Source: an uncultured Rickettsiales bacterium
GTDB lineage: Bacteria > Myxococcota_A > UBA796 > UBA9615 > CAYRNR01
Direction of reading: 5' to 3'
Assembly (NCBI GenBank): GCA_964584075.1
Contig: CAZOYV010000005.1
Span: 5,060-63,939 of the forward strand
DNA length: 58,880 nt
How positions within the stretch are numbered: position 1 is the first letter of the stretch; every line of letters starts with the position of its first letter. Of the stretch, positions 58,390-58,880 are shown piece after piece. The notes beneath the pieces are model-generated. The model was not told the DNA's origin, searched no databases, and worked only from the letters and a program-made list of their open reading frames with translations. The translations under genes were made by a program, and so were the position numbers.

Positions 58390-58830
58390 ATGCGCTCCTG
58401 GACACGATGGCTCGGAGCGGCGCTGGCGCTGGGGCTCGCCCTGGCGGGCGCGGGCTGCCCCACCGAGGGCGAGGATCCGCCGCCGACCGGCATCGAGGTG
58501 GTCCCCCCCGAGATCCTGGACTTCGGCACGGTCTACGAGTGCACCGAGCACCACGACGAGATCCGGATCATCAACCACGGCCCGGACACCGAGGACGTCT
58601 CGCTCGACGTCGACGGGATCCTGTTCGCCCACATGGTGGTCGTCGGGTTCACGCCCGACGTGACCCTCGAGGAGGGCGACGAGTACGCCATCGCGATCGG
58701 GGTCTCGCCCGGCGCCGGCGGCGCCGCCGTCGACGGGGGGATGTGGGACGGCAGCGCGTTCATCACCACGCAGGACCGGATCATCGAGATCAAGGTCCGC
58801 GCCGAGATCGTCGAGGGCAACGAGTGCTAG
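58390..58830 (+). CDS. Putative lipoprotein with Ig-like (ASH-like) domain
   Basis: GGAGG RBS, lipobox GAGC, PEILDFGTV..I.N.G motif similar to 7450..7905. Confidence 0.65.
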   Translation: MRSWTRWLGAALALGLALAGAGCPTEGEDPPPTGIEVVPPEILDFGTVYECTEHHDEIRIINHGPDTEDVSLDVDGILFAHMVVVGFTPDVTLEEGDEYAIAIGVSPGAGGAAVDGGMWDGSAFITTQDRIIEIKVRAEIVEGNEC

Positions 58831-58880
58831 CAGCCTGTCGCACATTGGCGCGTGCCGAGCCGCGCTCGACTGGCGAGTCG

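Overview
Very GC-rich bacterial chromosome segment, most likely from a Myxococcota/deltaproteobacterial lineage (MYXO-CTERM-type tails, Ser/Thr kinase, FHA proteins, divergent Hsp70). Most of it is housekeeping: LPS/glycosyltransferase genes with pilT and ffh; rbfA-truB-rpsO-pnp and dut; tRNA-Gln-prs-rplY-pth-rpsF-rpsR-rplI-dnaB; tRNA-Leu(TAA); dnaK-like. The standout is a tightly coupled operon at 22683-29511 resembling a quinohemoprotein amine dehydrogenase (QHNDH/CTQ) locus. It encodes a QhpD-like radical SAM/SPASM maturase, a 98-aa QhpC-like precursor keeping all cross-link and CTQ residues plus two extra Cys, a QhpB-like beta-propeller, a QhpE-like short subtilase and a FadL-like channel. 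It lacks the diheme alpha subunit, the O2-dependent flavin monooxygenase QhpG and the ABC exporter QhpF, and instead carries a UbiV/UbiU-like pair of U32 Fe-S proteins. This suggests a possibly undescribed O2-independent route to a tryptophylquinone cofactor or a new hydroxylated ranthipeptide. All assignments come from motif recognition by eye; no database searches were run.
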